Source of the DNA: an uncultured virus (IMG/VR IMGVR_UViG_3300042887_002641)
Lineage: Duplodnaviria; Heunggongvirae; Uroviricota; Caudoviricetes
Direction: 5' to 3' (one strand)
IMG/VR virus record: IMGVR_UViG_3300042887_002641
Span: 1 to 64,000 of that record
DNA: 64,000 nucleotides
Both the position numbers and the translations under genes were made by a program. How positions within the stretch are numbered: position 1 is the stretch's first letter; every line of letters starts with the position of its first letter. The notes beneath the pieces were generated by a model. That model did no database searches. It was not told where the DNA came from and saw only the letters and a program-made list of their open reading frames with translations. This document shows, in pieces, positions 21,401-30,640 of the stretch.

Positions 21401-22174
21401 GGAGCAAGTCTCGCTGTTGGAACAGATAGCGCGACATCTAGATTAACTGTTCTCGCAGCCGCTCTTACTACAACTTCAAAAAATACATATGCAGCCGCAA
21501 TTGGAAATAGTAATAATACTGATTTAACTTTGGGCGCAGATGGTTCTTATGCCTATATTCAAAGCTGGGGTTCCAAGCCTTTATATGTAAATAATCAAGG
21601 AAATGCTATTCTATTTGGAGATAATGTAGGAATTGGCACTTTAAGTCCAAGCGGAAGACTTCATGTTGGTACGCCTTCTTATTCTAGTTCAAACAGGCCA
21701 TTTATTGTAAATAATGGCGTTCAATCTGTAAATGCTAGACTTTATGATACAGCAGTTATACAACAAGATGACGTAACTACTTTAAGATTAGTAGAAAGAA
21801 ATTCAGCAGTAGCGAATCAAATACTTTCTTTTGCTATTGGCGATGGTGTTGCAAGAATAGCTTGTACCGCTCAACCAATGCAGTTTTATGTTAATGGCGG
21901 AGACGGTATTGGAGATTATGGATACTTAGGCTTAAATGGTACAAAAGCTATTGAAATTAGCACATCTGCAAACGTTGGAATTGGCAACGTAACTCCAAAT
22001 GCCGCAAGATTACATATTAAAGGCGATAGCTTTAACCCTGTTTTAAGAGTGGAAACTGCATTATTAGCAGGAGCAGCAGGAGGAACGGCTGGCAAAACAT
22101 TTGTTGGTTGGTTGCCAATTCAAACTGGCGCACTTAGTCCCGGAGACACAGTTTACATCCCATTATATAAATAA
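15455..22174 (+). CDS. Giant fibre protein 2 with GxVGIGT repeats
   Basis: 2239 aa with the same repeat architecture, shared cassettes with fibre 1, and an aromatic-rich lectin-like insert near nt 20160-20700. Confidence 0.8.
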   Translation: MGDIVITPASNDVNSTAGTLTVRTSDSQPISIKTNDVNRLYVTSAGNVGINTTAPAEKLQVSGNVVVGHDVYNSSYGQYLRFPFAGFNLTTGALKAYLQFDSVEDYSVNLGDAWKWKLGTVARAGNGGNYNSQFEILRSTRAGVTDNTDFAISRDGCVGIGTVLPSGGLHINNAQGAFSEVVRLQRNGGVFYSVGLDTNFLNIAYNGNTNGSNIFVLRNNGFLGLGNLQTALFNLDIASTQGQGIQLRYDTTTGYRAQITPYWNSNTDTRIDFAINRSANLVADVIMSVGYASNVGVGTTRPVQKLQIEGTVGNPASIATTQSGIFRISNTTDNAVLDFGIRAGGNGAWIQSTDETDLSANYPLLLNPNGANVGIGTTIVTGRLNVTRNSNTSQPIGYFSELFTNPAATNIILLERGNNVSAANQLSSNAGLRIRDHSSNYSLSVEDHLSNLNFAISGSRVLIGTRTTSSLLNIGGVGSTAPASGITLGGDAVANLYRSTASQIKTDSQLVAAGGFYSTSTSNFMESLSIGTSINIEGGPNEGLFLGDTSRWYIGTTDKTYTVNADGDLHFRDSTNSITRMIIQYANGHVGIGSTDPAYRLDVYDTNKNIGRFYNNQTSLEFFLGSTNNTLYTDLFLVTSNGNAQIFKNRSNAGWGGVDSLNIYTTIGPIAFHPSGVQNALYLNEIGNVGINVANPPNKLVLYDNKNTSTWNSNSAGNISNIQVVNYQTGLNIPAVIELVQNDHSSVRLAGYKVDATSYWLSNFGISVRKADTNMHQVFTAQYDGNIGIGTTSPTQKLDIVGSYGTPDDNAGMLKIRGPGVGPTQLNFGISADGGYGWIQATDIAVDNDRNIILAPLGGNVGIGTTSPSTLLNVHGANPFVRINNTSADDHGIKISYNNSETHGLNLIYNANSAISSIDNTYPVSAAQVYGDIRFRQNVAGTMTTRMTIKGDGGNVGIGTTSPLAPLHVGLGGDWPSSTGTSAMVFIKQKSSNVGLVIQEPGNASFDRALHLYTNASLATIDATYRDTGPYPDIAFVTSGTERVRINSAGNVLIRTTTSTTNGGLLQIGQVPNTTASSIGFNNDDNAVISAKYNLVFQIDNTNSVASRSYEWNKGGKGYGDGTNLMTLNAAGKLGIGTASPTTLLSVGGAGSTTAASGITFGADAQANLYRGAEDTLRTDGALIAGGYLRALSYVQLVTDLYPGSYTDNLNLNIGNTAGNAWETAIKIKPGSYVGIGTTNPTGKLHVVSSVAGETVFRTDGTNGTLFSVVDDLSDSLMSVNNSAGLPVLEVFADDRVVAGQYGSGDFVLINNKIGVGTSNPANKLSVIGAASIGSNSYNVSAPANGLIVEGSVGIGTTSPSSKLHVYDNGGSFITDLDATYHMGILNEYVSTYVSRTKFGRWNSTSNLELYYDIAGTEEARITRNFAAAVLKFNRGVNTDMIIDGNGNVGIGTTNPSQKLDVRGNIKLGADGAGNYIYYVKDTEGTIINTSRSDVSQQGLLRSDGWGNFTVDKSIGVGYSLGSSFASSTIGNGNLYVANTIGINTTNPAEKLDVRGGILRTNSRISNSEGYPLGHYSPGETVFEIDPTWSQAELQKYFNSSSVTWVAVADAPGGYCIYIDGSANVGGFADSGFPYIPVDTSDIFYMECWIQNVGTNQGHYMGSQDFDHNFSSLGGNPGSYGYWVMSNYSPGTSWTKVSGYITGFGSSVGQFVSGTKYWTPQALFNYTAGTGTRACRISGWKIIKVYHPGNRTFTGSISAGTSISAGTNLTVGADLYVADELGVGVAIANKRVNYGAQINAASASIQLVLGRTASATGQGGIGADENSTFAVWNVSGGVNRQFAISQRGNLGLATSTAAPSSRLTIGTDFAGASGISIDTNGTSNSAIVVRKNSSMAAYGILPWDSEVYLSAGIYYREGTWTHHNANSNNQLFVMSPGGGTKWYASNDGAGSWNVASAVTLWDDSVHWKSSIRSTRAIDCYISGASLAVGTDSATSRLTVLAAALTTTSKNTYAAAIGNSNNTDLTLGADGSYAYIQSWGSKPLYVNNQGNAILFGDNVGIGTLSPSGRLHVGTPSYSSSNRPFIVNNGVQSVNARLYDTAVIQQDDVTTLRLVERNSAVANQILSFAIGDGVARIACTAQPMQFYVNGGDGIGDYGYLGLNGTKAIEISTSANVGIGNVTPNAARLHIKGDSFNPVLRVETALLAGAAGGTAGKTFVGWLPIQTGALSPGDTVYIPLYK
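18857..19525 (+). repeat. Second copy of the 669-bp fibre cassette
   Basis: Same length and reading as 12841-13509. Confidence 0.9.
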
Positions 22175-22180
22175 AATTCT

Positions 22181-22456
22181 ATGGAAAATATCGAATATAA
22201 AATATACAAATATGAGTTATGCCCAAGTGAATCTCCAAATTCTACTATTGTAGGATTTTTAATCACGGACACTAATTCTAGCAAATATACAAATATTGAA
22301 CATACTTTGCCATTCTCTGAGACCAATAATTTAACTGAAGAAGAGATCTGCCAAATGGCATTTAATAAATTAAAACCACAAATTGATGCGATTATTACAA
22401 GATTCCAAACTGCAAATAATCCAGTAATAGGAAAAGTCTTTTTGCCTTCTTCTTAA
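22181..22456 (+). CDS. Small protein, possible fibre-associated chaperone or adaptor
   Basis: 91 aa directly after fibre 2. Confidence 0.5.
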   Translation: MENIEYKIYKYELCPSESPNSTIVGFLITDTNSSKYTNIEHTLPFSETNNLTEEEICQMAFNKLKPQIDAIITRFQTANNPVIGKVFLPSS

Positions 22457-22467
22457 TATAATAAAAT

Positions 22468-24570
22468 ATGAGCGTCAAGCAGGGAAACATAGGAATAGTT
22501 AAAGATAATTTGCTGTTTTATTACAACAGTAAAGTTATTCAAGGCTTTAGGGGAGAAGCTACTTCTAATTTAGCTAATGCTATTTCTATTGGCGCACAAG
22601 GAGGAAGTTTAACTGTAGCTACCTCATATCCATCTTTTTCAGAAGACTTAAGTGATGGTAATTTTTTCAAAAATGTACCTAGCGGAGGCGTTTTATATCA
22701 TCAAGTTACTAATCCTGCTTTTTCTAATAATACTATTTTATACAACAACAATGGAGGGTTAACTTCTGGCTCTCTTATTCCTATATCTGGTCCTTATCTT
22801 GTTTTTTCATTTTATGCTTATTTAACTCAAGTTTATAATGGATACAATGGAGGTCTTGCAGGATATATAAATACTTATATTGCAAGTTCTGTAACTGGAT
22901 TTGTTAGTTCTTTTTATGGATCTTATGGATGGTATTTTTATGTAAATGGTGTGCTTGATCAAAACTGGTCATACAATACAGCATATTTAAATAAATGGGT
23001 TAGAGTAGTTGCTGTCGTGAATAATGGGGCACTTGATTCTACTGTAAAGTATTTTTCTAATTGGTATATTTACAATGACAGATTAACTAGTGGAGCAATG
23101 TATATTGCAAAATTTCAAGTTGAACAAAAAGCTTACGTCACTCCAGCGGTTAAATATGATTACTTGACAAACTTAAGCAATAGAGGAGAAACGACTACAA
23201 ATCTAATATCAAATCCTGATTTTACTTCAACCACAGGTTGGAATAATAATGGAAATATAACAACTACTATTGAGACAATCAATTCAAAAACTTATATAAA
23301 AGTAGTTTCTAACCAAGGCAGTAGTACTCCGGGTATTCTTTCTGATTCTATAAGCGTAACTGCTGGCTCTATTTATACTCTTAGTGCATTTGGTTATAGA
23401 TCTGGTTCAGCAGAAGCTTATTTATATGTTTACAATGTAAGCAGTGGAACAGATATCTTATGGACTGGGGCACCTTTTGGAACTACAGATGGTTGGGTGG
23501 TCAGTAAATTTAAAATACCGGCAGGGTGTTCAACTATTAAAGTAGGAGTGTTATGGAGCGTTCCTTCTATTGGAGATATTTTCTATGTAGAAAAAATACA
23601 ATTAGAACAAAAAGAATATCAAACCGCATTTGTTAATGGTTCTCGCACAGCAAATACTATTACTGGCGGCGGCGGGTTAATAGATTTAAGTGGAAATAGA
23701 TTTAATGCTAGTCTTGATAATAGTGTTTTTGATACTAATGGGATTTATTATAATGGAATTGGCACTTATGTTGATACAGGATTTGATATCACAAATCTTG
23801 ACCCATCTCAAGCATTTACAATAGAAGCTATTGTAAATTTTGATGCTCCAAGAGTTTATTCGCCTACATCTTTTACAATATCAAGCGTTAATACTACCAC
23901 AAATTATATAACAACAAGTGTTACCCATAATTTAGTAGCAGGAGATAGAATTGGCTTTTCAGTTTCAGGAGGTTCGTTGCCAAGTCCACTTCAAGATTCA
24001 AGTACAGTAGTTCCATACTATATAATTAATCCTACGTCTAATACTTTTCAAGTATCAACTAGTTCTGGTGGCTCTGCCGTTGATTTAACAACAACTGGAT
24101 CAGGAACAATTAGTGCTTCAATTCCATATAGAAATGGAGTATTATTTGGTAGAGCAGGATATGGTGGTATTTGTATTTATTATAATATTAGTCCCGCTGG
24201 AGTTATTACTGTATTTGGATACGTTAGAACAACTGTTGGTGGATATCAGAATACACCCGTTCCAACAATATCATCTGGCGTAAATTACTTAATAACTGTA
24301 GTCAATAATCCAGTAAACAATAGTTTTACTATTTATTTAAATGGCGTTTCTCAAGGTCAATATTCTGCTGCTACTGGAAGTACTTACGCTAATGGAATAA
24401 CTGGAAATTTTTATATTGGATTGGGAGGTCAAGCGGATGGTGGAGGAACATTAGCTTATCCTCCATTTAAAGGTTATTGCAATATGCAAAGCATTTACAG
24501 AAAAGCATTTTCAGAAAAAGAAATTTATCAAAATTATATAGCTCACAAGAAAACACATAATTTACCATAA
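22468..24570 (+). CDS. LamG/concanavalin-like virion protein with a carbohydrate-binding-type insert
   Basis: IVKDNLLFYY start, GGGGLIDLSGN, TIYLNG and a C-terminal IY.KAFS..EIYQNY. NLISNPDF...GW is a CBM-like segment. Confidence 0.7.
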   Translation: MSVKQGNIGIVKDNLLFYYNSKVIQGFRGEATSNLANAISIGAQGGSLTVATSYPSFSEDLSDGNFFKNVPSGGVLYHQVTNPAFSNNTILYNNNGGLTSGSLIPISGPYLVFSFYAYLTQVYNGYNGGLAGYINTYIASSVTGFVSSFYGSYGWYFYVNGVLDQNWSYNTAYLNKWVRVVAVVNNGALDSTVKYFSNWYIYNDRLTSGAMYIAKFQVEQKAYVTPAVKYDYLTNLSNRGETTTNLISNPDFTSTTGWNNNGNITTTIETINSKTYIKVVSNQGSSTPGILSDSISVTAGSIYTLSAFGYRSGSAEAYLYVYNVSSGTDILWTGAPFGTTDGWVVSKFKIPAGCSTIKVGVLWSVPSIGDIFYVEKIQLEQKEYQTAFVNGSRTANTITGGGGLIDLSGNRFNASLDNSVFDTNGIYYNGIGTYVDTGFDITNLDPSQAFTIEAIVNFDAPRVYSPTSFTISSVNTTTNYITTSVTHNLVAGDRIGFSVSGGSLPSPLQDSSTVVPYYIINPTSNTFQVSTSSGGSAVDLTTTGSGTISASIPYRNGVLFGRAGYGGICIYYNISPAGVITVFGYVRTTVGGYQNTPVPTISSGVNYLITVVNNPVNNSFTIYLNGVSQGQYSAATGSTYANGITGNFYIGLGGQADGGGTLAYPPFKGYCNMQSIYRKAFSEKEIYQNYIAHKKTHNLP

Positions 24571-24571
24571 T

Positions 24572-26779
24572 ATGAGTACAGTTAATAAAGGTTTACAAAT
24601 ATCAAGAACAGGATTAAGCTTATATTATAATGTAAATGATCCAAAAAGTTTTCGTGGACCAGATAGTGCAAATTTAGCTAATGGAGTTTATTTAGGTTTT
24701 TCAGGAGACCGTTGGTTAAAAGTTACTAGTTATCCAAGAGCAGGAAGATTGCCATTTAAATTAGAAAGTGATGTTTATAAACTCGTAAGTGGAAATAATT
24801 ATTGGGGCAATGCAAGTGATTTTAGCGTTGCTTATGGCAAAACTTATATAGTAAGCTTTTGGTATTATCAAACGGCTCCAAATATCGTTACTCTTTCGTC
24901 AAGTAGATTTTTTGGAACTCCAAGAGGAGGATCTGGAATATATAATAATGTTTCTACTGAAATGTATAGTACTTTTGATCTTACTATAGTGGGAAAATGG
25001 ACTTTTGGTTATTCTATTATTTGTACAAATGTTCCAGTTGATAGTTATTCATATTTCAGAGGAACTTATACTTTGCCTTCTTATAATGATGATAATCCAG
25101 CCGGGGATGTTTATATTGCTAATTTTAAATTTGAAGAAGCTGATTTTCCAACAGCTTTTAATACTACTGCAAGAACAAATTCTTTAGCTGGCGGTGGAGG
25201 TTTAGTCGATTTAAGTGGAAATAATAAAAGCATAGATTTAACATCTATGTTGTTTGATGATGAGGGTCCATTATTTGATGGAATTAATAGCTATACAATG
25301 AGTATCAGTTCTGCACAAAACTCATCAGGAGCTATTATTGATAATAGATATGATTTTAGTTTACAATTTTGGTTAAGACCAAATTCTAGTAATTTTCCTC
25401 TAAATGCATGCGGAGATAAAAGAATTACTATTTTCGAATTGCCGGGAACTGGCCTTCCGGGTGCTTATTATTTAGGATTGTTTGCATACTTAACTAGTGC
25501 ATCTGCTAACTCTAGTACAACTAGTTTAATAGCTCAAATAAGATCAGCAGCAGATAATACTCATACCTCTTCAGATACAGGAACATCAACAAGCACAACA
25601 ATCAATAGAAATGAATGGACTCACATTGTAATAACTTATACTGGTTTTGTAATAAGAATTTATAAAAATGGTGTTCTGGATTCTACATCTTCTGCCTTAA
25701 CTAATAATTCATATTTTTGGGATGGTGCTATAAACATGGGTTATATTGCAAATAACTGTGGACCCTCTTTATTGCATGGAAAAATACAAGAAGTAAAAGT
25801 CTATAAAAAAGCATTAAATGCTTCTGAAGTTTATAACGATTATTTAGTAAGCAAAAACATATATATCCTAAAAGCTTCTCGCTATTCAAATTATGGATCT
25901 TCTCTGACGAATCCCGCTTATTCTGCATTAGATATTACTAGAAAACGCGGAGATGTCGCAAGTGGCTTGTATTATATAATTACTTCAAATGGTGTAAAAC
26001 AAGTATATTGTGACATGACTACAAGAGATGAATATGGGCAAACTGGTTGGATGCTTGTAGGAAGTTGGGATACTGATTATCAATGGAGTTTAAAAGCAAA
26101 TAGTTCCGATTCAGTTTTTGGAACTACTGCAATGAATTGTGTTTCTTCTAATTTTGGTAATATGAAAATTAACCATTTTAGAATTTTAGCTTCTGCTGCT
26201 GCTACTACGGTAACAAGCAGCGCAAGTGCAGATTGGTATTATCAATGGAATACAAAAGTAAGATGGAAAGAAGTTTGGGCACCAGATGCTAGTAGAACTC
26301 AATACTATAGTAGTTATGGAAACAATGTATCACTACCAAGAGGATCTTTAAAAGCTTTTGATTTAAGTTATAATTTAAAATTCTCTGTAAAAAATAGTTT
26401 TCATAAATATAACGGATTAAGTGATTATGGTTTTACTCCTACAGCAGACGTTTCAAATACAGGAATTACAAATGCCCCAGTGGTTGGCTTATGCAGATTT
26501 CATGAAGCTTTATTGTATGCTGGTAGACCATTCGGAGCATTTAATTTAACTAGAACTGGCGATTTTGAAGCAGGTACAGGTGCTGATGCTGATGGTACTC
26601 TTGCTATTGGAATATCAACAACAAGTGATAACTATACTGGTCAAGATCGTGATGTAAATGTCGCTGCCAAAGTAGGATATGATGATAATATAGTTTGGTC
26701 AGCTTATACTACTTCGGTAACATCTGCTGTAACTACAGCAAATAATATTAGTACAAAACTATGGTGGTGGATTAAATAA
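24572..26779 (+). CDS. LamG-domain protein with a C-terminal fibrinogen-like domain
   Basis: GGGGLVDLSGN and WTHIVITY...IYKNG...VKVYKKALNASEV (LamG), then SGLYYI...VYCDMTT...GWMLV (fibrinogen C-domain start motif). Confidence 0.72.
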   Translation: MSTVNKGLQISRTGLSLYYNVNDPKSFRGPDSANLANGVYLGFSGDRWLKVTSYPRAGRLPFKLESDVYKLVSGNNYWGNASDFSVAYGKTYIVSFWYYQTAPNIVTLSSSRFFGTPRGGSGIYNNVSTEMYSTFDLTIVGKWTFGYSIICTNVPVDSYSYFRGTYTLPSYNDDNPAGDVYIANFKFEEADFPTAFNTTARTNSLAGGGGLVDLSGNNKSIDLTSMLFDDEGPLFDGINSYTMSISSAQNSSGAIIDNRYDFSLQFWLRPNSSNFPLNACGDKRITIFELPGTGLPGAYYLGLFAYLTSASANSSTTSLIAQIRSAADNTHTSSDTGTSTSTTINRNEWTHIVITYTGFVIRIYKNGVLDSTSSALTNNSYFWDGAINMGYIANNCGPSLLHGKIQEVKVYKKALNASEVYNDYLVSKNIYILKASRYSNYGSSLTNPAYSALDITRKRGDVASGLYYIITSNGVKQVYCDMTTRDEYGQTGWMLVGSWDTDYQWSLKANSSDSVFGTTAMNCVSSNFGNMKINHFRILASAAATTVTSSASADWYYQWNTKVRWKEVWAPDASRTQYYSSYGNNVSLPRGSLKAFDLSYNLKFSVKNSFHKYNGLSDYGFTPTADVSNTGITNAPVVGLCRFHEALLYAGRPFGAFNLTRTGDFEAGTGADADGTLAIGISTTSDNYTGQDRDVNVAAKVGYDDNIVWSAYTTSVTSAVTTANNISTKLWWWIK

Positions 26780-26780
26780 T

Positions 26781-28835
26781 ATGTCATTAACATACTCTCC
26801 AAAAATTATATTAGATGGTCTAGTTTTATGCTTAGACCCATCACAAAATAAATCATATCCAAGCGCAAATTTATCAGTAAAAGATGGTTTGATTTTGTGG
26901 TTAGATTCATCTGACGATAGTTCTTTTAGCTATAGTTCAGGAACTTTAGTAAGTCAATGGCGTGATAAAAGTGGATTAAATAATCATGCAAATCAATCCA
27001 CCGCTGCCAATCAACCAACTAGAAATTCTAGTACAAATTCTAGAAAAACAGTAACTTTTGATGGAACAAATGATTCTTTAAGTACTTCTAATTCATTAGA
27101 TTTAAGTGTTACTCATACAATATTCGCTATAGCTAGTCAAACAACAGGCACCGAGGATGCTGGATTAGTTTCTATAAATAATTCATTAAATAATGGACTT
27201 ACTTTACATAATGGAAGTACTTATTATGCATATTATGGTGATGGTGGTAAATATGCGACTAGTTCAATTACTACATCTACGACTTATATTTTTACAAAAG
27301 TTTTTAAAGGCACTTCTAGCACTACAAGGCAAGTATATTTAAATGGAACTTCTGCAACAACAACAGGTGTCATTGCAAATTCTGATGCTTCAGGTGTAAT
27401 TAGATTAGGTCAACAATCAACTTATTTAAATGGAAAGATTGCTGAAGTAATTATTTTTAATAGAGAATTAACAGCTACAGAATTAAAACAAGTCCACACA
27501 TATCTTGGACAAAAATGGGGTATATCTAATACTGATAGAAGTATAGTTGATTTAGCGGGAAATGATGACAATGGATTATTTGGCAATGGAACTGTGGCAA
27601 ATATGCCGCTTTATGATTATTATAACAAAGGAACTTTGAAATTTGATGGTTCCAATGATTATGTGAGTGTAGGAGCTAACGCAATTCTTCGGGGTAATAG
27701 TATAAGTTTAGGAGTTTTTTTTAAGACTATAAATAATGGACAATCGGTTCAATTTATAGCCGGATATGGAGATACTGGTGTACAGGGTTATTGGTTAGGA
27801 GTAGTTGGCGGACCTATACGATTTTTTGTAGGTAATGGATCAACATCTCTTCAGTTAAATTCAGGCATATCTCCTAATAATGACCAAATTTACTATGTAG
27901 TTGGCACATACGATGGAACAAATCAACGAATTTATGTTGATGGCGTATTAATGGCATCTTCGACTTCTGTCAATGGAAGTCTGAGTTATACTGGAATGAC
28001 TGATGGATTTTTGATTGGACAAGTCCAAGGATTTACTGGCGGTAGATACTTAACTGGAAACATATATGCTATGCAAGTATATAATAAAGCATTAAGTGCC
28101 GCAGAAGTATTACAAAATTATGAAGCTCAAAAGTCAAAATTTGCAAATACAATTGTACAAAATGGTCTTGTATTAAATCTTGATGCTGGCAATCCATATA
28201 GTTATGCTGGAGCAGGTACAACATGGTATGATGTTAGCGGAAATGCAATAAATGCATCTGCAAGTGGAACATCTTCTTATATTAATTTATACGGTGGTTT
28301 ATTAAGTTTTCCTAATAATAATAGTTATTATAATACTTCAACAGTTTCTGCGTTGAATTTAGGATCAGCTTCATTTAGCATGGAGTGTTGGGTTTATTTA
28401 GATGCGGCAACTGCATCAGATAATACTTATAGAGGAATAATAAGCTTAGGCACAAATTCAAGTAACTTTGTATATATTGCAAAATGGAGATCTGGTTTAT
28501 ATACAGGATTATATGTTCAGTATAAAGCAGGTGGATCAACTATTACAGGTGTTTATCAAGCTAATGAATACAATCCAGTTTCAAAATGGACTCATGTTAT
28601 AGCAACAAAATCTGGTAGTTCTTTAACTCTTTATGTGAATGGTTCTATCGTATATACAATAAATGATTTAAATACAACCTTTACTGGAAATAGCTCTGTT
28701 TATGTCGCGCAAGCGCATAGTGACGTTGCTTCTTTATATGGTTATGTTGGAGAGGCAAGAGTTTATAATATTTCTTTATCTGCTGCTCAGGTCTTGCAAA
28801 ATTACAATGCTACAAAAGGAAGATTTGGATTATAA
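26781..28835 (+). CDS. Triple LamG/concanavalin-like domain virion protein
   Basis: Repeated DGLVLCLD / DGLILWLD / NGLVLNLDA starts, and YN.ALSAA.VLQNY.A.K..F ends. Confidence 0.78.
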   Translation: MSLTYSPKIILDGLVLCLDPSQNKSYPSANLSVKDGLILWLDSSDDSSFSYSSGTLVSQWRDKSGLNNHANQSTAANQPTRNSSTNSRKTVTFDGTNDSLSTSNSLDLSVTHTIFAIASQTTGTEDAGLVSINNSLNNGLTLHNGSTYYAYYGDGGKYATSSITTSTTYIFTKVFKGTSSTTRQVYLNGTSATTTGVIANSDASGVIRLGQQSTYLNGKIAEVIIFNRELTATELKQVHTYLGQKWGISNTDRSIVDLAGNDDNGLFGNGTVANMPLYDYYNKGTLKFDGSNDYVSVGANAILRGNSISLGVFFKTINNGQSVQFIAGYGDTGVQGYWLGVVGGPIRFFVGNGSTSLQLNSGISPNNDQIYYVVGTYDGTNQRIYVDGVLMASSTSVNGSLSYTGMTDGFLIGQVQGFTGGRYLTGNIYAMQVYNKALSAAEVLQNYEAQKSKFANTIVQNGLVLNLDAGNPYSYAGAGTTWYDVSGNAINASASGTSSYINLYGGLLSFPNNNSYYNTSTVSALNLGSASFSMECWVYLDAATASDNTYRGIISLGTNSSNFVYIAKWRSGLYTGLYVQYKAGGSTITGVYQANEYNPVSKWTHVIATKSGSSLTLYVNGSIVYTINDLNTTFTGNSSVYVAQAHSDVASLYGYVGEARVYNISLSAAQVLQNYNATKGRFGL

Positions 28836-28882
28836 AGTGTAAAAAATATTAGAATAACTTAATTTTAGATTAAAATAAGAAA

Positions 28883-29710
28883 ATGAATACAATATTTATC
28901 CCCGTTTACCCAAAACCATCTGGCGCAAATGTGACGCAACTTTGCGTTGATTTTAACGCATTTGACCCTCATGATGGAATTAGATTTTCAGTCGTAATGA
29001 AAAATCCTGAAGGATTAGTTTTAGATAAAACTTTTACTAATCTTGCGGGAGATGACTGGCAAGATTGGCCCCCTGAGCAAACAGCCGCAGCAGATTATAA
29101 TTATGTAAAAAATGTAGTATTACAAAACTTAGGATATACTGAAGCAGTCGCTCCATACTTTACTACTCAGCCTGAAAATTTAAAAGTTCTTAGTGGTTCT
29201 CCCGCTGTATTTACTGTAGTAGCTTCTGGAGATGCTCCTATTTCTTATCAATGGTATAAGAATCAAGAACTTATTTCAGGAGCAAATTTAGAAGTTCTTA
29301 CTATAAATTCAGTCTCCGAAACTAATATAGGAACCTATTATGTAAAAGCTCAAAACCCTGTAGGAAGTACAAATAGTAATTTAGCTTCATTGAATACTTT
29401 TGTAGCTCCATTTATCTTATCGAATCCAAGTGACTTATCTATGCCTTCTGGAGCAAACGCATATTTCTCTGCTGTATTTGATGGAGATCAACCAATTACT
29501 ATTGAGTGGTTTAAAGACGATCAATCTATTCCAGATTCTAATTCCTCTCAGTATGTCATAAGTGGAGTCACACAAGATAATGTAGGATTCTATAAAGCAA
29601 AAGCTACTAATATAGCTGGATCAATAGAAACATCTGAAGCAAGTCTCTCTATTATTGAACCAACTCCTCCAACTCCTCCTGAGCCAGTTCCAACGGGAAT
29701 TATGCCTTAA
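28883..29710 (+). CDS. Protein with two Ig-like (I-set) domains
   Basis: P.FTTQP...FTVVASG..P.SYQWYKN...GTYYVKAQN.VG, repeated as WFKD...GFYKAKATNIAG, with a Pro-rich tail. Confidence 0.8.
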   Translation: MNTIFIPVYPKPSGANVTQLCVDFNAFDPHDGIRFSVVMKNPEGLVLDKTFTNLAGDDWQDWPPEQTAAADYNYVKNVVLQNLGYTEAVAPYFTTQPENLKVLSGSPAVFTVVASGDAPISYQWYKNQELISGANLEVLTINSVSETNIGTYYVKAQNPVGSTNSNLASLNTFVAPFILSNPSDLSMPSGANAYFSAVFDGDQPITIEWFKDDQSIPDSNSSQYVISGVTQDNVGFYKAKATNIAGSIETSEASLSIIEPTPPTPPEPVPTGIMP

Positions 29711-29730
29711 TTTTTAAAATATCTCTTCTC

Positions 29731-29753
29731 AAGCCCCGAAAGGGGCTTTTTTT
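29731..29753 (+). terminator. Intrinsic terminator
   Basis: AAGCCCC-GAAA-GGGGCTT followed by a T tract. Confidence 0.9.
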
Positions 29754-29761
29754 GTGTAATA

Positions 29762-30142
29762 ATGTGTATGAATTTAACAGGTACACAAGGAAACTCTTTT
29801 TATAAGAGACTTGTTGCCCGTGACTCTGATGGAGTTGTCATAAACTTATCAGGCTTCACGGCTTCTGGCTATGTAAGAGCAAGTTATGGGGCAGGATATA
29901 CAAACGACAATGTGTATGTACCAAGCTCTGGTATTTTATTAGACTTAAATCCAAAAATCATATCAGGAGCCGCAGGAGAAAGTTTTGTCAGCGGATATAT
30001 CGATATCAGCATAGGTAGAACAGGAATGGCGGCTTTACCATCTAGTTACTTATTATACGATGTTCAAGTTTTCTCGGGAGAAAATTATGCTCGTACTGTT
30101 GAAGGTGGCTATTTTGTAATTAATCCAGAAATAACATACTAA
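29762..30142 (+). CDS. BppU-N-like beta-sandwich adaptor protein (true start probably 29768)
   Basis: QGNSF...INLSGFTASGYVR...YDVQV...R.VEGYFVINPEIT pattern. The first ATG overlaps the promoter motif at 29754. Confidence 0.6.
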   Translation: MCMNLTGTQGNSFYKRLVARDSDGVVINLSGFTASGYVRASYGAGYTNDNVYVPSSGILLDLNPKIISGAAGESFVSGYIDISIGRTGMAALPSSYLLYDVQVFSGENYARTVEGGYFVINPEITY

Positions 30143-30143
30143 T

Positions 30144-30638
30144 ATGAAAATCGTAGACATGGCTCAAGAACTCTATTTCGAATTAGGTCAACCAAGTGAT
30201 CTATCAGTACCAGCTATTAGTTATTGGCTTAGGAGCAATATAGGTATTCTTAATAATAAACTGAACAAAGACATTATTATAGACGACGCTTCTTTGGAGC
30301 TTGTGCCCAATTTGGGAGAAACAGAAAAGTCTATTTATAAAAAGATCTATGAATGTTATTTTTACGATCTAAAAGTCAAGCAAACTTTAAATGCAATAAA
30401 TGGAGATAGCTTGTTGGAAGTTACAGATGGCGGTGGAACTGTTCGCAGAATCAACCGAAACGAAACCAGTAAAATATACTTAGAAGCAAAGAAAAATTCA
30501 CTTAATGAATTAACTGCGATGGTTAATGATTACAATATTAACGACGTTGGTCCTCTACAAGTTGCTGGCGACGATACTGTAGCTGGTTCTTATATTACTG
30601 ATAAGTATTATTCAATCAGACCATTTAATAGAGTTTAA
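30144..30638 (+). CDS. Putative head-tail adaptor
   Basis: Helical 164-aa protein, first of four genes preceding the tail tube. Called from position. Confidence 0.5.
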   Translation: MKIVDMAQELYFELGQPSDLSVPAISYWLRSNIGILNNKLNKDIIIDDASLELVPNLGETEKSIYKKIYECYFYDLKVKQTLNAINGDSLLEVTDGGGTVRRINRNETSKIYLEAKKNSLNELTAMVNDYNINDVGPLQVAGDDTVAGSYITDKYYSIRPFNRV

Positions 30639-30640
30639 TT

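Noticed and set aside
6256..22174. DGR template/variable repeat pair or CRISPR array among the fibre repeats
   Set aside because: All copies are coding and differ mainly at synonymous positions, not specifically at adenines. No reverse transcriptase or repeat-spacer periodicity is seen.
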